Source: Candidatus Moraniibacteriota bacterium (lineage in GTDB: Bacteria; Patescibacteriota; Minisyncoccia; Moranbacterales; UBA2206). From it: a stretch of 52,560 bases of DNA. Shown here one piece after another: positions 15,041-25,949 of the stretch. Numbering within the stretch: position 1 is the first letter of the stretch; every line of letters starts with the position of its first letter. A program made the translations under genes and the position numbers. Where the stretch lies: positions 1-52,560 of the forward strand of contig JAUXSK010000009.1 of NCBI GenBank assembly GCA_030679995.1, read 5' to 3'. Under the pieces are notes generated by a model. The model did no database searches, was not told the origin of the DNA, and was given only the letters and a program-made list of their open reading frames with translations.

Positions 15041-16441
15041 ATGGCAGAAATAAATCAGATGGAAAAATTGGTTTCGCTTTGCAAAAGGCGGGGATTCGTT
15101 TTCCCGAGTTCGGAAATCTACGGCGGTTTTGCCGCGATCTATGATTACGGCCACTATGGGACATTATTGAAAAACAATATCCGCGACGCGTGGTGGAAAC
15201 ATATGGTGCAATACCGCGATGATGTCGTCGGTCTCGACAGTGCGATTTTTATGCACCCCAAGACCTGGGTGGCTTCGGGGCACGTGGACAGCTTCGACGA
15301 TCCGCAGATCGATTGCAAGAAATGCAAAGCGCGGATGCGGGCCGACCATATTTTGGAGGTTTTCGGCATCAATGCCGACAAACAGCCGCTGGAGTTCATC
15401 AATGCGGAAATTAAAAAATTAAAGGAGCTGGGAAAATTGAAATGCCAGGCTTGCGGATCGACTGACGTGACGGAAGCCAAGCGTTTTTCCCTGATGGTGA
15501 AATCCAATTTGGGTTCCCCGACGGATGCTTTGAGTGAGGAGAACGTCGTCTATCTGCGTCCGGAAACTTGCGGGGGGATTTATCTGGAATACAAAAACAC
15601 GGTCGATTCGACGCGGGTGAAATTGCCGTTCGGAATCGCCCAAATCGGCAAGGCTTTCCGCAATGAAATCGTGGCGCGCCAGTTCATTTTCCGTACGCGG
15701 GAATTCGAACAGATGGAGATGCAATATTTCTTACATCCGTCGATAATGAAGGAAAAATATGAAATGTGGAAGAAATTGCGTTGGGATTGGTATCTTGAAT
15801 ATGGGATCGCCGGTGAAAATATCCAGTGGCATCAGCATGAAAAGCTGGCACACTACGCTTCTGAGGCCTATGATGTCGAATATGATTTCAAATCCCTCGG
15901 CGGCTTCAAGGAAATCGAAGGCGTCCACGCGCGGGGAAATTGGGATTTGAGCCAGCACGCCAAGTTTTCCGGAGTGGATCTGAGTTATTTGGATGAAAAA
16001 ACCGGTGAGCGGTTCGTGCCGCACATCATGGAAACCTCAGTCGGTCTCGGGAGGTTGTTTTTGATGTTTCTGGATAAAGCGTATACGGAAGAGGAAATCA
16101 AGGAAGGCGAGGTCAGGACCGTTTTGAAATTGGACAAACGTTTGGCGCCGATCAAAGTGGCGATTTTTCCGTTGATGAAAAACAAGCCGGAATTGGTATC
16201 CAAGGCGCGGGAAATTTTCGATGGTTTGAAGATGCGATGGATGTGCGAGTTCGATGACAACGGGAATGTCGGCAAACGCTACCGTCGGCAAGACGAAATC
16301 GGCACGCCCTATTGCGTGACGGTGGATTTCGATAGCTTGGAGGACGGCGCGGTGACGGTGCGCGACCGCGACACGATGCGGCAGGAGCGGATCGGAATTG
16401 AAAAACTGGAAAGTTTTTTCTCCGGGAAATTTTATAATTAA
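15041..16441 (+). CDS. glyQS: Glycine--tRNA ligase (dimeric alpha2 type)
   Basis: 466 aa. The N-terminus has RRGFVFPSSEIYGG. The class II motifs and the C-terminal anticodon-binding domain are present. Confidence 0.93.
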   Translation: MAEINQMEKLVSLCKRRGFVFPSSEIYGGFAAIYDYGHYGTLLKNNIRDAWWKHMVQYRDDVVGLDSAIFMHPKTWVASGHVDSFDDPQIDCKKCKARMRADHILEVFGINADKQPLEFINAEIKKLKELGKLKCQACGSTDVTEAKRFSLMVKSNLGSPTDALSEENVVYLRPETCGGIYLEYKNTVDSTRVKLPFGIAQIGKAFRNEIVARQFIFRTREFEQMEMQYFLHPSIMKEKYEMWKKLRWDWYLEYGIAGENIQWHQHEKLAHYASEAYDVEYDFKSLGGFKEIEGVHARGNWDLSQHAKFSGVDLSYLDEKTGERFVPHIMETSVGLGRLFLMFLDKAYTEEEIKEGEVRTVLKLDKRLAPIKVAIFPLMKNKPELVSKAREIFDGLKMRWMCEFDDNGNVGKRYRRQDEIGTPYCVTVDFDSLEDGAVTVRDRDTMRQERIGIEKLESFFSGKFYN

Positions 16442-16459
16442 AAATTAATAAATAAAAAT

Positions 16460-17410
16460 ATGGATCTACGGGAAATATACAAACTGGCTATCGAATTCGG
16501 GATTAAAAACGATTTGCGTGGCGAAAAGGAAGTTATAAAAAAATTGGAAAGGATAAAGGGGCAATATGATAAACTGTCTATGGAAGAAAAAGAATCTTTT
16601 GACCAGGAGAGGCTGACGAATCCTTTTATGGATTCGACCATCCATTATGACAGTGGAAAAAAAGTGAAGACCGTGATGGCCGGGATCGATATCGATGCCG
16701 GGGAGTTATTGATCGCCAAGGAATTGGGAGTGGACGCGGTCATCGCACATCATCCGGTGGGCAAAGGACTGTCGTATTTGGATGATGTTATGCATCTGCA
16801 GGCCGATGTGCTGGCCCAATACGGAGTGCCGATTAACGTAGCTGAAAGTCTGATGAAAATCAGGATCAGCGAGGTTTCCCGCAGCGTAAATCCGTCCAAT
16901 CATTTCAAATCTCCGATGGCGGCGCAAAATTTGAAAATCAACTTCTTAAATGTGCACACTCCCGCGGATAACGCGGTGGCTACATTTCTTAAAAATCTGA
17001 TTGAAAAGAAAAATCCTGAATATGTGGGTGAGATAATCGAACTTTTGGAAAGCGTGCCGGAATACAAAGAAGCGAAAAAATACGGTCTGGGTCCGACTTT
17101 GTTTGTTGGAAACAAGGAAAATAGAACTGGAAAGATTGCAGTTACGGAAATTACCGGAGGGACTGAAGGCAGTCCTAAGATGTATGAGAAAATGGCCAAT
17201 GCCGGAGTGGGCACTATAATCGCTATGCATCAGAGCGAGAAACACAGGGAAGCGGCAGAAAAAGCGCATATTAATGTGGTGATTGCCGGGCATATTTCAT
17301 CGGATAATATCGGGGTTAATCTGTTTTTGGATGAATTGGAGAAAAGGGGCATCGGGATCATCCCTTGCTCAGGTTTAATTCGCGTAAGCAGGAATAAGAA
17401 AAGAAAATAG
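16460..17410 (+). CDS. NIF3 (DUF34)-like dinuclear-metal protein
   Basis: Contains GIDIDAGELLIAKELGVDAVIAHHP, HTPADN and GHISSDN, which are NIF3-like His/Asp motifs. The N-terminus is diverged. Confidence 0.6.
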   Translation: MDLREIYKLAIEFGIKNDLRGEKEVIKKLERIKGQYDKLSMEEKESFDQERLTNPFMDSTIHYDSGKKVKTVMAGIDIDAGELLIAKELGVDAVIAHHPVGKGLSYLDDVMHLQADVLAQYGVPINVAESLMKIRISEVSRSVNPSNHFKSPMAAQNLKINFLNVHTPADNAVATFLKNLIEKKNPEYVGEIIELLESVPEYKEAKKYGLGPTLFVGNKENRTGKIAVTEITGGTEGSPKMYEKMANAGVGTIIAMHQSEKHREAAEKAHINVVIAGHISSDNIGVNLFLDELEKRGIGIIPCSGLIRVSRNKKRK

Positions 17411-17411
17411 T

Positions 17412-18680
17412 ATGAATTATAAAAAAACGATATTGAAAAACGGCTTGCGCATAATCATGGCGCCGGTCAAAGGCACGGCCACGGCCACGGTCATAGTGAT
17501 GGTGGGCGCTGGTTCACGCTATGAATCTCCGCGGGAAGCCGGACTGTCGCATTTCATCGAGCATATGTTGTTCAAAGGTACGCAAAAAAGGCCGACCTAT
17601 CTGCAGATCGCCGAGGAATTGGATGCGATCGGCGGGGAATCGAATGCTTTTACCAGCAAGGACAAAACGGCGTATTATGCCAAGGCGGATGCCAAACATA
17701 TCGGAACGGCATTGGATGTCATCGCGGATATGTATTTGAATTCGACTTTGGAAGAAGCGGAAATAAAAAAAGAAAGCGGCACGATCATCCAGGAAATCAA
17801 TATGTATGAGGATTCGCCGATGCGCAACGTGGGCAATATCTTCGAACAGCTGATGTATGCGGACAATCCTCTGGGCGGCGACATCGCTGGCAGCAAGAAA
17901 ACCGTCGCGTCTTTCAAGCGGAATGATTTCATCGATTATATGGAGCGGTTCTATGTGGCGTCGGACACGGTGGTGTGCGTAGCCGGAAAATTCGATGAGA
18001 AAAAAACCATCGCGCGGTTGGAAGGATATTTCGCCGGTATGCGCCAGGGTAAAAAGCCGGTTATGAAGAAGGTGGTTGAAAGCCAAAAAAAACCAGAAGT
18101 GAAGATAAGATTCAAAAAAACCGACCAAACCCACCTGGTGCTGGGCGTCCGGGCTTATGACGACAATCACAAGGACCGTTTCATCTTGAATGTGATGTCG
18201 GTCATCCTGGGTGGCAATATGAGCAGCCGCATTTTCGGTGAGGTGCGTGAAAAACGGGGATTGGCGTATTATGTCAGGACTAATGTCTATGCGTACCAGG
18301 ATTGCGGATATTTGGCGACTTCGGCCGGAGTGGAACACAAGAATTTGGAACTGGCAGTCAAGACGATATTGGACGAATACAGGAAAATCGCGGCTGAACC
18401 GGTCGCGGAAAGCGAGTTGCGAAAGGCTAAAGATTATATCAAAGGACGCAGTATTATGAATCTTGAGTCTTCGGACGAAGTGGCGATGTTTTTGATCGAA
18501 CAGGAAATCGACAAGAAAAAAATAATGACGATGGAGGAGATTTTTTCCAGGATTGACAAAGTGACAACAGGTGACATACTGAGGGTAGCCAAAGATATTT
18601 TCAAAGAACGAGGGCTTAATCTGGCTATAATCGGTCCGCATAAGGACGGAAAAAAAATCCGTAAATCCTTGGTCTTATAA
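17412..18680 (+). CDS. M16 family (pitrilysin-like) zinc peptidase
   Basis: Inverted zinc motif HFIEH in GLSHFIEHMLFKGT. 422 aa. Confidence 0.85.
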   Translation: MNYKKTILKNGLRIIMAPVKGTATATVIVMVGAGSRYESPREAGLSHFIEHMLFKGTQKRPTYLQIAEELDAIGGESNAFTSKDKTAYYAKADAKHIGTALDVIADMYLNSTLEEAEIKKESGTIIQEINMYEDSPMRNVGNIFEQLMYADNPLGGDIAGSKKTVASFKRNDFIDYMERFYVASDTVVCVAGKFDEKKTIARLEGYFAGMRQGKKPVMKKVVESQKKPEVKIRFKKTDQTHLVLGVRAYDDNHKDRFILNVMSVILGGNMSSRIFGEVREKRGLAYYVRTNVYAYQDCGYLATSAGVEHKNLELAVKTILDEYRKIAAEPVAESELRKAKDYIKGRSIMNLESSDEVAMFLIEQEIDKKKIMTMEEIFSRIDKVTTGDILRVAKDIFKERGLNLAIIGPHKDGKKIRKSLVL

Positions 18681-18693
18681 AATCCATAAGTAT

Positions 18694-19713
18694 ATGATCG
18701 AAAAAAGACAAGTGGAAATTTCCATGGGAGTGGTATTCCGGACGGCTATGCTTGCCATCGCCATTTGGTTTTTATATATGATCCGGGAAATCCTAGCCTT
18801 GCTTTTTATGGCGATTCTGATTGTGACGGCCATCGATCCGGTGGTGGACTATCTGCAAAGAAAAAAGGTTCCGCGGACTCTCGGCGTGCTGGTCGTGTAT
18901 GTGCTGCTTTCTCTGGTGATCGGCCTGTCTATCTCATTTCTTGTGCCGCCGCTTATCAGCCAATCCAAGGATTTCATAGAAAAGATTCCTGCATATCTGC
19001 AATCAGCCGGAAGCTATCCGGGTATCGCCAGCGATTATTTCCAAAGCCATAATATGGTTTTGAATGTCCAGCAGATCGCGGATAATTTCAACAATGGGAT
19101 TTCCAATCTTCCCCAACAAATATTTTCCGGGACGATAGATTTGGTCGGCAATTTCATTTCGATTATCGTGGTCCTGGTAATGGCTTTCTATATGACCGTC
19201 AAAGAGGATGGCATCAAAAAATTCATCGTTTCGATTACGCCGGAAAAACACAGGGATTACGCGGTTTCACTGACCGATCGGGCGGAGCTTAAGATCGGCA
19301 AGTGGGTGCAAGGCCAATTTTTCCTGATGTTGATTATTTTTCTATTGGATTTTGTCGGCTTATCCATAATCGGAATCCCATATGCTTTGCCACTGGCGAT
19401 TTTTGCCGGCATTATGGAAATCGTGCCCTATGTCGGGCCGATCGTATCGGCTATTCCTGGAATTATTCTAGGGTTGCTGATTTCGCCGATGACGGGTTTG
19501 ATAACGTTGCTGCTATATTTTTTCGCCCAGCAATTCGAGAGCCACATCGTCGTTCCGCAAGTGATGAAAAAAGCGGTCGGGCTAAACCCGATCGCGGTTA
19601 TCCTGGCCTTGCTCATCGGTTTGAAGCTGGGCGGGGTCCTGGGTGCCATCTTGTCCATACCGTTAGCGACCGTCATCAGTGTTTTTGTTGAGGACTTTTG
19701 GAAAAAGGAATAG
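18694..19713 (+). CDS. AI-2E family transporter (PerM/UPF0118)
   Basis: 339 aa and multi-TM. The family-typical core is GIMEIVPYVGPIVSAIPG. Confidence 0.8.
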   Translation: MIEKRQVEISMGVVFRTAMLAIAIWFLYMIREILALLFMAILIVTAIDPVVDYLQRKKVPRTLGVLVVYVLLSLVIGLSISFLVPPLISQSKDFIEKIPAYLQSAGSYPGIASDYFQSHNMVLNVQQIADNFNNGISNLPQQIFSGTIDLVGNFISIIVVLVMAFYMTVKEDGIKKFIVSITPEKHRDYAVSLTDRAELKIGKWVQGQFFLMLIIFLLDFVGLSIIGIPYALPLAIFAGIMEIVPYVGPIVSAIPGIILGLLISPMTGLITLLLYFFAQQFESHIVVPQVMKKAVGLNPIAVILALLIGLKLGGVLGAILSIPLATVISVFVEDFWKKE

Positions 19714-19809
19714 TCGCGGGAGATGGATTGAAAATCATCCTAGCTGTTTTTGCGAATGTTTTTTTGTCGGGCAGTTGAAAAAAAGCCGCGATTAAGCTAG
19801 ACTGGATTT

Positions 19810-20502
19810 ATGGATACAGGCATATTATATATCGTGGCCACGCCGATCGGAAACTTGGAAGACATCACTTTCCGGGCTGTCCGTGCGTTGGGTTCGGTCG
19901 ATCTGGTGGTGTGCGAGGATACACGGGTGACCAGACGGCTTTTAGACCACTACGGGATCAAGACCCAGGCTGTTTCTTTTTATCGGAATTGCAAATATGG
20001 CGGAGCGGTCAAGCCGGTACCGAAGCTGGATTTTTTGATAAGCGAATTGCTGGCAGGTAAAAATCTGGCCTTGGTGACGGACGCCGGGACGCCGGGCATT
20101 TCCGACCCAGGAAACCAGCTGGTGGCCGCGGCCGTCGCGGAACAAATCTCCGTCATTCCTGTACCGGGCGTATCGGCAGTAACGACGCTGGCCAGCGTTT
20201 CCGGAATCGATTTGAGCGAATTCGTTTTTCTGGGTTTTCCGCCGCACAAAAAAGGCCGGGAAACTTTTTTCAAAAAAGTGATAGGATTTTCTTTGCCGGT
20301 CGTGTATTATGAATCTCCGCACCGGGTCTTGAAAAATCTGGAATTGTTGCAGAAAATGGAATCCGAAAAGCAGGTCATACTCGGACGTGAGCTGACTAAG
20401 ATGTTTGAAGAAATCGTGCGGGGTCCGGTTTCCGAGGTTCTGGGATATTTCCAGCAGAACCCGGGCAAGGTGAAAGGCGAATTCGTAATTATTGTTTATT
20501 AG
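19810..20502 (+). CDS. rsmI: 16S rRNA (cytidine1402-2'-O)-methyltransferase
   Basis: LYIVATPIGNLEDITFRAVRAL...CEDTR N-terminus, with a tetrapyrrole-methylase-type fold. Confidence 0.9.
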   Translation: MDTGILYIVATPIGNLEDITFRAVRALGSVDLVVCEDTRVTRRLLDHYGIKTQAVSFYRNCKYGGAVKPVPKLDFLISELLAGKNLALVTDAGTPGISDPGNQLVAAAVAEQISVIPVPGVSAVTTLASVSGIDLSEFVFLGFPPHKKGRETFFKKVIGFSLPVVYYESPHRVLKNLELLQKMESEKQVILGRELTKMFEEIVRGPVSEVLGYFQQNPGKVKGEFVIIVY

Positions 20503-20503
20503 T

Positions 20504-21937
20504 ATGTCAGATAAATTTTATATCACTACGCCGATATATTACGTAAACGCCAAACCGCATATCGGCCATGCCTACACGACGATCGCGGCCGATGTTTTAG
20601 CGCGTTTGCGCCGGTCCCAAGGCTGGGATGTTTCTTTTCTGACCGGCACTGACGAACATGGACTTAAAATCCAGAAAAAAGCGGAGGAAAACGGCAAGGA
20701 TCCACAGCAGTTCGTGGACGGTATCTCCGAAGAATTCAAGGGGCTTTGGCGGAGTCTGAATATCGAGTATTCCGGCTTTATCCGGACCACGGACACCCGA
20801 CATATGATGGCCGTGCAAAAAGTCTTGCAAATCTTGTATGACAAAGGTGCTATCTATAAAGGTAAATATTCCGGAATGTATTGCGTCGGATGCGAGCAAT
20901 TCAAGAGCGAAAACGAATTGATTGACGGGAAGTGTCCAGATCATGACACTATGCCGGAAAGGATGGAAGAAGAATGCTATCTCCTGAAGATGGCCGATAT
21001 CCAAGACGAGCTTATCAGAAAAATAGAAAGCGATGAATTTCGGATCGCGCCGGAGAGATATAAGAACGAGATTTTGTCTTTTTTGAAAAACCAAAGCCTG
21101 AACGATATTTCCATTTCTAGGAAAAATGTGCGGTGGGGAGTGCCGTTGCCTTTTGATTCCGAACAGACGACGTATGTCTGGATCGACGCCTTCCTGAATT
21201 ATCTTACCGGAATCGGCTGGAATGGGGAAATTGACGACATTCCGAAAGAATGGCCGGCGGACGTGCAATTTATCGGAAAGGATATTTTGCGGGTGCACGC
21301 GACGATTTGGCCGGCGATTTTGATCCATCTCGGCATCGGGTTGCCGAAGATGCTTTTTACGCACGGGCATATCTTGTCTGACGGGAAAAAAATGAGTAAG
21401 ACCTTGGGCAACGCGATTTCCATCGAGGAGATGCTCGAAAAGTTCGGGGTGGACGGCACGCGCTATCTCCTATTGTCGGCTGGTCCGTTCGGGCAAGACA
21501 TCGATGTGACGATGGAAAGGATGATTGAGAATTATAACGCCGATTTGGCCAATGGCATCGGCAATATAACGAGCCGGATAGTCGCTCTGAACCAAAAAAT
21601 GACAGGGGGTTTTGTCGGAATGGATTTTTTAAAAAAAGATGTGGTGGCATATGATGATGGGACATTGCGAGAAAATCTGAAAAATTTAAGATTGGATTTG
21701 GAGTTGCGTGACATAATGATCCATGTCCAGGAGCTGAATAAATATATAGCCGATAATAAGCCTTGGGAAGTTTTTAAGAGTGATGAAAGGAAATTTGCGG
21801 TGATAATGGAGCATTCGTCCCGGGGACTTATGTTTATTGCCAATAAGTTGCTCCCGTTCATGCCGGCCACGGCGGAAAAGATCAAAGAGGCCTTGGCGAC
21901 AAGGCAAGTGGAAATATTGTTCCAGCGCATTAAGTAA
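20504..21937 (+). CDS. metG: Methionine--tRNA ligase (short form)
   Basis: The start is at MSDKFYITTPIYYVN. HIGH is present (HIGHAYT), as are KMSKTLGN and a CxxC...C..H knuckle. The ATG lies 1 nt after the rsmI stop. Confidence 0.93.
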   Translation: MSDKFYITTPIYYVNAKPHIGHAYTTIAADVLARLRRSQGWDVSFLTGTDEHGLKIQKKAEENGKDPQQFVDGISEEFKGLWRSLNIEYSGFIRTTDTRHMMAVQKVLQILYDKGAIYKGKYSGMYCVGCEQFKSENELIDGKCPDHDTMPERMEEECYLLKMADIQDELIRKIESDEFRIAPERYKNEILSFLKNQSLNDISISRKNVRWGVPLPFDSEQTTYVWIDAFLNYLTGIGWNGEIDDIPKEWPADVQFIGKDILRVHATIWPAILIHLGIGLPKMLFTHGHILSDGKKMSKTLGNAISIEEMLEKFGVDGTRYLLLSAGPFGQDIDVTMERMIENYNADLANGIGNITSRIVALNQKMTGGFVGMDFLKKDVVAYDDGTLRENLKNLRLDLELRDIMIHVQELNKYIADNKPWEVFKSDERKFAVIMEHSSRGLMFIANKLLPFMPATAEKIKEALATRQVEILFQRIK

Positions 21938-21962
21938 GTTTTCATTCCAGGTAAAAAACAAA

Positions 21963-22634
21963 ATGAAAAAAATAAAAATAATTTCGATGTCCATTATGTT
22001 GGCGGCCATAGTTTTTTCCAGCCAAGTATCCTTGGCCGCGACGACTGTCAATTACGGGACGACTACTTTTTTTTCCGATGAGAAAGATGTCAAACCGCCG
22101 GTCGAAAAGCCCATATATGATACCGGCATCAGGGGTGGGAAGGAACCCGGAAGCAGTGGCGGGGAGGATGTTGTCGATAGCGAAGGATCGTCATCCGGCG
22201 GCAGCCTGTTTGACCAAGTCATCACTGGAGTGAGTTCATTTTTCAGCGGTTCATCGACTTCGGACAGTCCGGCGGAAGGATCGCTTTTCGATTTACAGAA
22301 GGACTTCGGCCGTGATTCGGACGGGTATCCGGCCGATGGGACGGGGGAATTCATTATGGGCGCCAGGGGCGAGAGTTATGAAAATATGGATATCGATGAA
22401 TATAATAGCCGGATCGCCGGAAAATTTAATTTCAAGGACAACACTTCCGTATCAGCGCCCAAAAAAAGCAAATTACTTTTCACCAATATCATCGTTCCAG
22501 TCGATCTGACGACCCAATATGTCATCATAATAATGGTGATATTGGTGGCGATCGGATCGGCAGTCGGTTATTATTTTTGGAAAAAAGAAGTGGAAAAAAT
22601 GAGCAAGAAACCCAAAGACGAGGATTATGATTGA
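21963..22634 (+). CDS. Secreted, C-terminally anchored Gly/Ser-rich protein, hypothetical
   Basis: The start is at MKKIKIISMS. The signal peptide ends ...SLA-AT, and a C-terminal TM helix is present (YVIIIMVILVAIGSAVGYYFW). The upstream part of the ORF overlaps metG and was rejected. Confidence 0.55.
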   Translation: MKKIKIISMSIMLAAIVFSSQVSLAATTVNYGTTTFFSDEKDVKPPVEKPIYDTGIRGGKEPGSSGGEDVVDSEGSSSGGSLFDQVITGVSSFFSGSSTSDSPAEGSLFDLQKDFGRDSDGYPADGTGEFIMGARGESYENMDIDEYNSRIAGKFNFKDNTSVSAPKKSKLLFTNIIVPVDLTTQYVIIIMVILVAIGSAVGYYFWKKEVEKMSKKPKDEDYD

Positions 22635-23436
22635 CACCCATTCCCATCTTGATGACAAACGGTTTGACGGAGACCGCGAGGAAATTATTTCGCGGGCTTT
22701 TTCCGGCGGAGTGGAAAAAATCATCAATGTCGGAGCGGATTTGGAAAGCAGCACGCAGTCGGTCGGATTGGCCGGTAGAAATAAAAACATCTTTGCGGCA
22801 GTGGGTTTGCATCCGCATATTTTCAACCAAGCCGGGGAATTTTCAAAAAAAATCCAAAGCTTGGGGGGATTGGCAGCTGATAAAAAAGTCGTGGCGATAG
22901 GCGAGATCGGTTTGGATTATTTCAGCCATACGGGAGAAAAAATAACGGAAGCGCAGAAAAAAAACCAGCAGCAAGGATTCATCGCCCAATTGGAATTGGC
23001 CCGGGATTTGGATTTGCCGGCCATCATCCATTGCCGCGCGTCAAAAGATGACCCTATCGATGCCTACGAGGATGCCTATAGGATAATCAACGTGTTCCAT
23101 AGTATGCGGGTGGTTTTCCATTGTTACGGCGGCGGCTTGGAATTCACAAGAAAAATCATACAAGAAACGGATGCCTTTTTTTCTTTTACGGGAAACATCA
23201 CTTATGTCAAAGCCGGTTCTGAGGCTATCGAAGTGTTGAAAGCTATCCCATTGGAACGGATGATGTTGGAAACGGATTGTCCATATCTGGCTCCCGTGCC
23301 GCACCGGGGAAAGCGCAATGAGCCGGCATATATCGCATATGTGAAGGAAAAAATCGCGGAAATAAAGGAAATTCCAGCCCAAGAGATTGATCGGATCACG
23401 ACGGAAAATGCCAGATTATTTTTCAAATTAGGCTAA
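22627..23436 (+). CDS. tatD: TatD family metal-dependent hydrolase
   Basis: Contains IDTHSHLDD, GEIGLDY, HCR and ETDCPYL motifs. Confidence 0.88.
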   Translation: MIDTHSHLDDKRFDGDREEIISRAFSGGVEKIINVGADLESSTQSVGLAGRNKNIFAAVGLHPHIFNQAGEFSKKIQSLGGLAADKKVVAIGEIGLDYFSHTGEKITEAQKKNQQQGFIAQLELARDLDLPAIIHCRASKDDPIDAYEDAYRIINVFHSMRVVFHCYGGGLEFTRKIIQETDAFFSFTGNITYVKAGSEAIEVLKAIPLERMMLETDCPYLAPVPHRGKRNEPAYIAYVKEKIAEIKEIPAQEIDRITTENARLFFKLG

Positions 23437-23482
23437 GATTTTTAAATTTGCCAGGGGATTTTCAAGTGAAATTTTCGAGTGG

Positions 23483-23511
23483 TTGACTTTTTTTAAATTT
23501 TGCGGGAAAAT
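23483..23511 (+). promoter_or_regulatory. Possible promoter of the atp operon
   Basis: TTGACT, 17-nt spacer, GAAAAT. The -10 element is weak. Confidence 0.3.
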
Positions 23512-23532
23512 AGACAGTGATGTTGCTTTGCT

Positions 23533-23787
23533 ATGCATAGGCGCATTAAAAGTAAAATAATGGATAGAGAAATTGGAAAAGATGATAGCTTCTCCGCTTG
23601 GTCATTTGCCTGGGAATTAGGGTATTCGATCGCCGTGCCGCTAGCGGCATTGGCTTTTGCTGGAAGATTTCTGGATAAGAAACTGGGAACATCGCCGTTT
23701 TTACTGCTTGCCTGTATCCTCGTTTCAATCGCCATTTCGGCATATATAGTCTACAAAAAAACAACCGATATAATGAACAGAAAATAA
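23533..23787 (+). CDS. AtpZ/AtpI-like small membrane protein of the ATP synthase operon
   Basis: 84 aa with two TM helices (G..IAVPL..LAFAGRFLDKKLGTSP). The TAATG junction overlaps the start of atpB. Confidence 0.55.
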   Translation: MHRRIKSKIMDREIGKDDSFSAWSFAWELGYSIAVPLAALAFAGRFLDKKLGTSPFLLLACILVSIAISAYIVYKKTTDIMNRK

Positions 23788-24539
23788 TGGAAATTTCACT
23801 CGCACCAGAAATAATATTCCATATCGGATCTTTTCCGGTTACCAACTCGCTCTTGATGACGCTTATTTTAAGCGCGATTATTATCCTGACCTCCCTCAAT
23901 CTCCGAAACAAGCTGAAGCTTGTGCCCAAAGGCTTCCAAAACATATTCGAATATGTTATGGAAGCTTTTTTGGATCTGATCGACAGCGTTACGCAGAACC
24001 GCGAGCAGACCCGCAAATTCTTTCCGCTGGTGGTGACTATTTTCCTGTTCGTGATACTTTCCAATTGGATCGAACTTGTTCCCGGATTGGGAACTATCGG
24101 CATCAATGAAACGCATCATGGCAAGACGATCCTAGTCCCTTTCATCAGGAGCGCTTCGGCTGATTTGAATATGACATTGGCGATCGCGCTTATCTCGGTT
24201 TTCACGATCCAATTTATGGGCATCGCCGCTATCGGAGCGGCCAGATATGCGGGTAAGTTTTTCGTGAATCCTTTGCGCAAACCCTATTTTATCGGAACTT
24301 TCGTGGGAATTTTGGAACTGATCAGTGAGGTCGCTAAAATAATCTCTTTTTCCTTCCGTCTTTTCGGGAATATTTTTGCCGGCGAAGTGCTTCTGATCGT
24401 TATGTTGAATTTGGTCCCATATTTCGTGCCGCTGCCTTTTTTGTTCCTGGAATTGTTTGTCGGATTCGTACAGGCGCTGGTTTTCGCGATGTTGACGCTG
24501 GTATTTTTAAAGATGGCGGTGACGGCGCATGAACATTAA
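23787..24539 (+). CDS. atpB: F0F1 ATP synthase subunit a
   Basis: Contains FSFRLFGNIFAGEVLL, which includes the essential Arg. Confidence 0.92.
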   Translation: MEISLAPEIIFHIGSFPVTNSLLMTLILSAIIILTSLNLRNKLKLVPKGFQNIFEYVMEAFLDLIDSVTQNREQTRKFFPLVVTIFLFVILSNWIELVPGLGTIGINETHHGKTILVPFIRSASADLNMTLAIALISVFTIQFMGIAAIGAARYAGKFFVNPLRKPYFIGTFVGILELISEVAKIISFSFRLFGNIFAGEVLLIVMLNLVPYFVPLPFLFLELFVGFVQALVFAMLTLVFLKMAVTAHEH

Positions 24540-24587
24540 TGCGTGATTGCTGGACGGCTATATCGCTGAATCATTGGAATGATTTAA

Positions 24588-24914
<327 letters not shown>

Positions 24915-25002
24915 TCAGCGGACAGGGAGCAATGAACAGCGAACATATTTCCTGTTCATTGATCTTTGCACATTGGTTATCGTAAAAATTAACTACAAAA
25001 AA

Positions 25003-25488
25003 ATGGAATTATTGGATAATTTGGGAATCGATGGAAGGTTGTTGCTGGCACAGCTCATCAACTTCGTAATCCTGCTGGCCGTGCTGTATAAATTCGCTTA
25101 CGGTCCGGTTTTGAAAATTTTGGAAGAGCGGACGAAAAAAATCGAGAATGGTCTGAAAGATGCCGAAGAATCCCACAAGAAATTGGCTGAAATTTCTGAA
25201 AAGGAGGCGGCGGTCTTGGTGGAGGCTAGGAAAAATGCCCAGCAAATAATTAAAAAATCGGAAGAAGCTGCCGTCAAGAATGCGGAAGAAATCATAGTGT
25301 TGGCTAAGGACCAATCAATCAAGATGCTGGAGCAAGCCAAAAAGCAGATTGAGCAGGAAAAGGAGAAGATCTTGGCAGAAGTGAAAACTGAAGTGGCCGA
25401 ATTGATAATGGTCGCGACCGGGAAGATTATCGATGAGAAATTGGATAGTGAAAAAGATCGTGATTTAATCAATCGAAGTATAAAATAA
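25003..25488 (+). CDS. atpF: F0F1 ATP synthase subunit b
   Basis: The ATG is at MELLDNLGIDG. One N-terminal TM helix is followed by a long charged helix. The TTG at 24973 is less likely to be the start. Confidence 0.85.
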   Translation: MELLDNLGIDGRLLLAQLINFVILLAVLYKFAYGPVLKILEERTKKIENGLKDAEESHKKLAEISEKEAAVLVEARKNAQQIIKKSEEAAVKNAEEIIVLAKDQSIKMLEQAKKQIEQEKEKILAEVKTEVAELIMVATGKIIDEKLDSEKDRDLINRSIK

Positions 25489-25889
25489 TGCGCTTGTCAG
25501 TCAATCAGTATGCGAAAGCCTTGTACGCTTCAGTCAAGGACAAATCCCAAGGCGATATCGGCTTGGTGGTGGCGAATTTGCTGAATCTTTTGCGAAAAAA
25601 TGGACAGATGAAATCAGCTGGGAAAATCATCGATAATTTCTCAGTCATTTGGAATAAGGAAAACGGGATCGTCGAAGCGGAAATAACCAGTCGGGAGGCG
25701 CTGGATAAAGCGTCGCAAGACGGAATCAAGGAATTCATAGCCGGAAAATATGCGGCCAAGGAGGTGATAGTCAGCAATATTGTCGATGAGGATATCCGAG
25801 GCGGAATAATAATCAGGATCGGGGACGAATTGATAGACGCTAGCGTGCGGAGAAGATTGACTGACCTGGGTAAAAGTTTGGGAGCTTAA
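25488..25889 (+). CDS. atpH: F0F1 ATP synthase subunit delta (short)
   Basis: 133 aa. The C-terminus has the OSCP signature GGIIIRIGDELIDASVRRRL. Confidence 0.8.
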   Translation: MRLSVNQYAKALYASVKDKSQGDIGLVVANLLNLLRKNGQMKSAGKIIDNFSVIWNKENGIVEAEITSREALDKASQDGIKEFIAGKYAAKEVIVSNIVDEDIRGGIIIRIGDELIDASVRRRLTDLGKSLGA

Positions 25890-25949
25890 GAATTTCCAGC
25901 AATCAAATCATCTGTTAAGTCATTATTTTAAAATAATTTAAATAAATTT

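Noticed and set aside
21837-21962. The upstream start (21837) for the secreted protein gene.
   Set aside because: That part overlaps the metG 3' end in another frame and encodes an Arg/Cys/Ser-rich string. The signal peptide begins at the Met at 21963.
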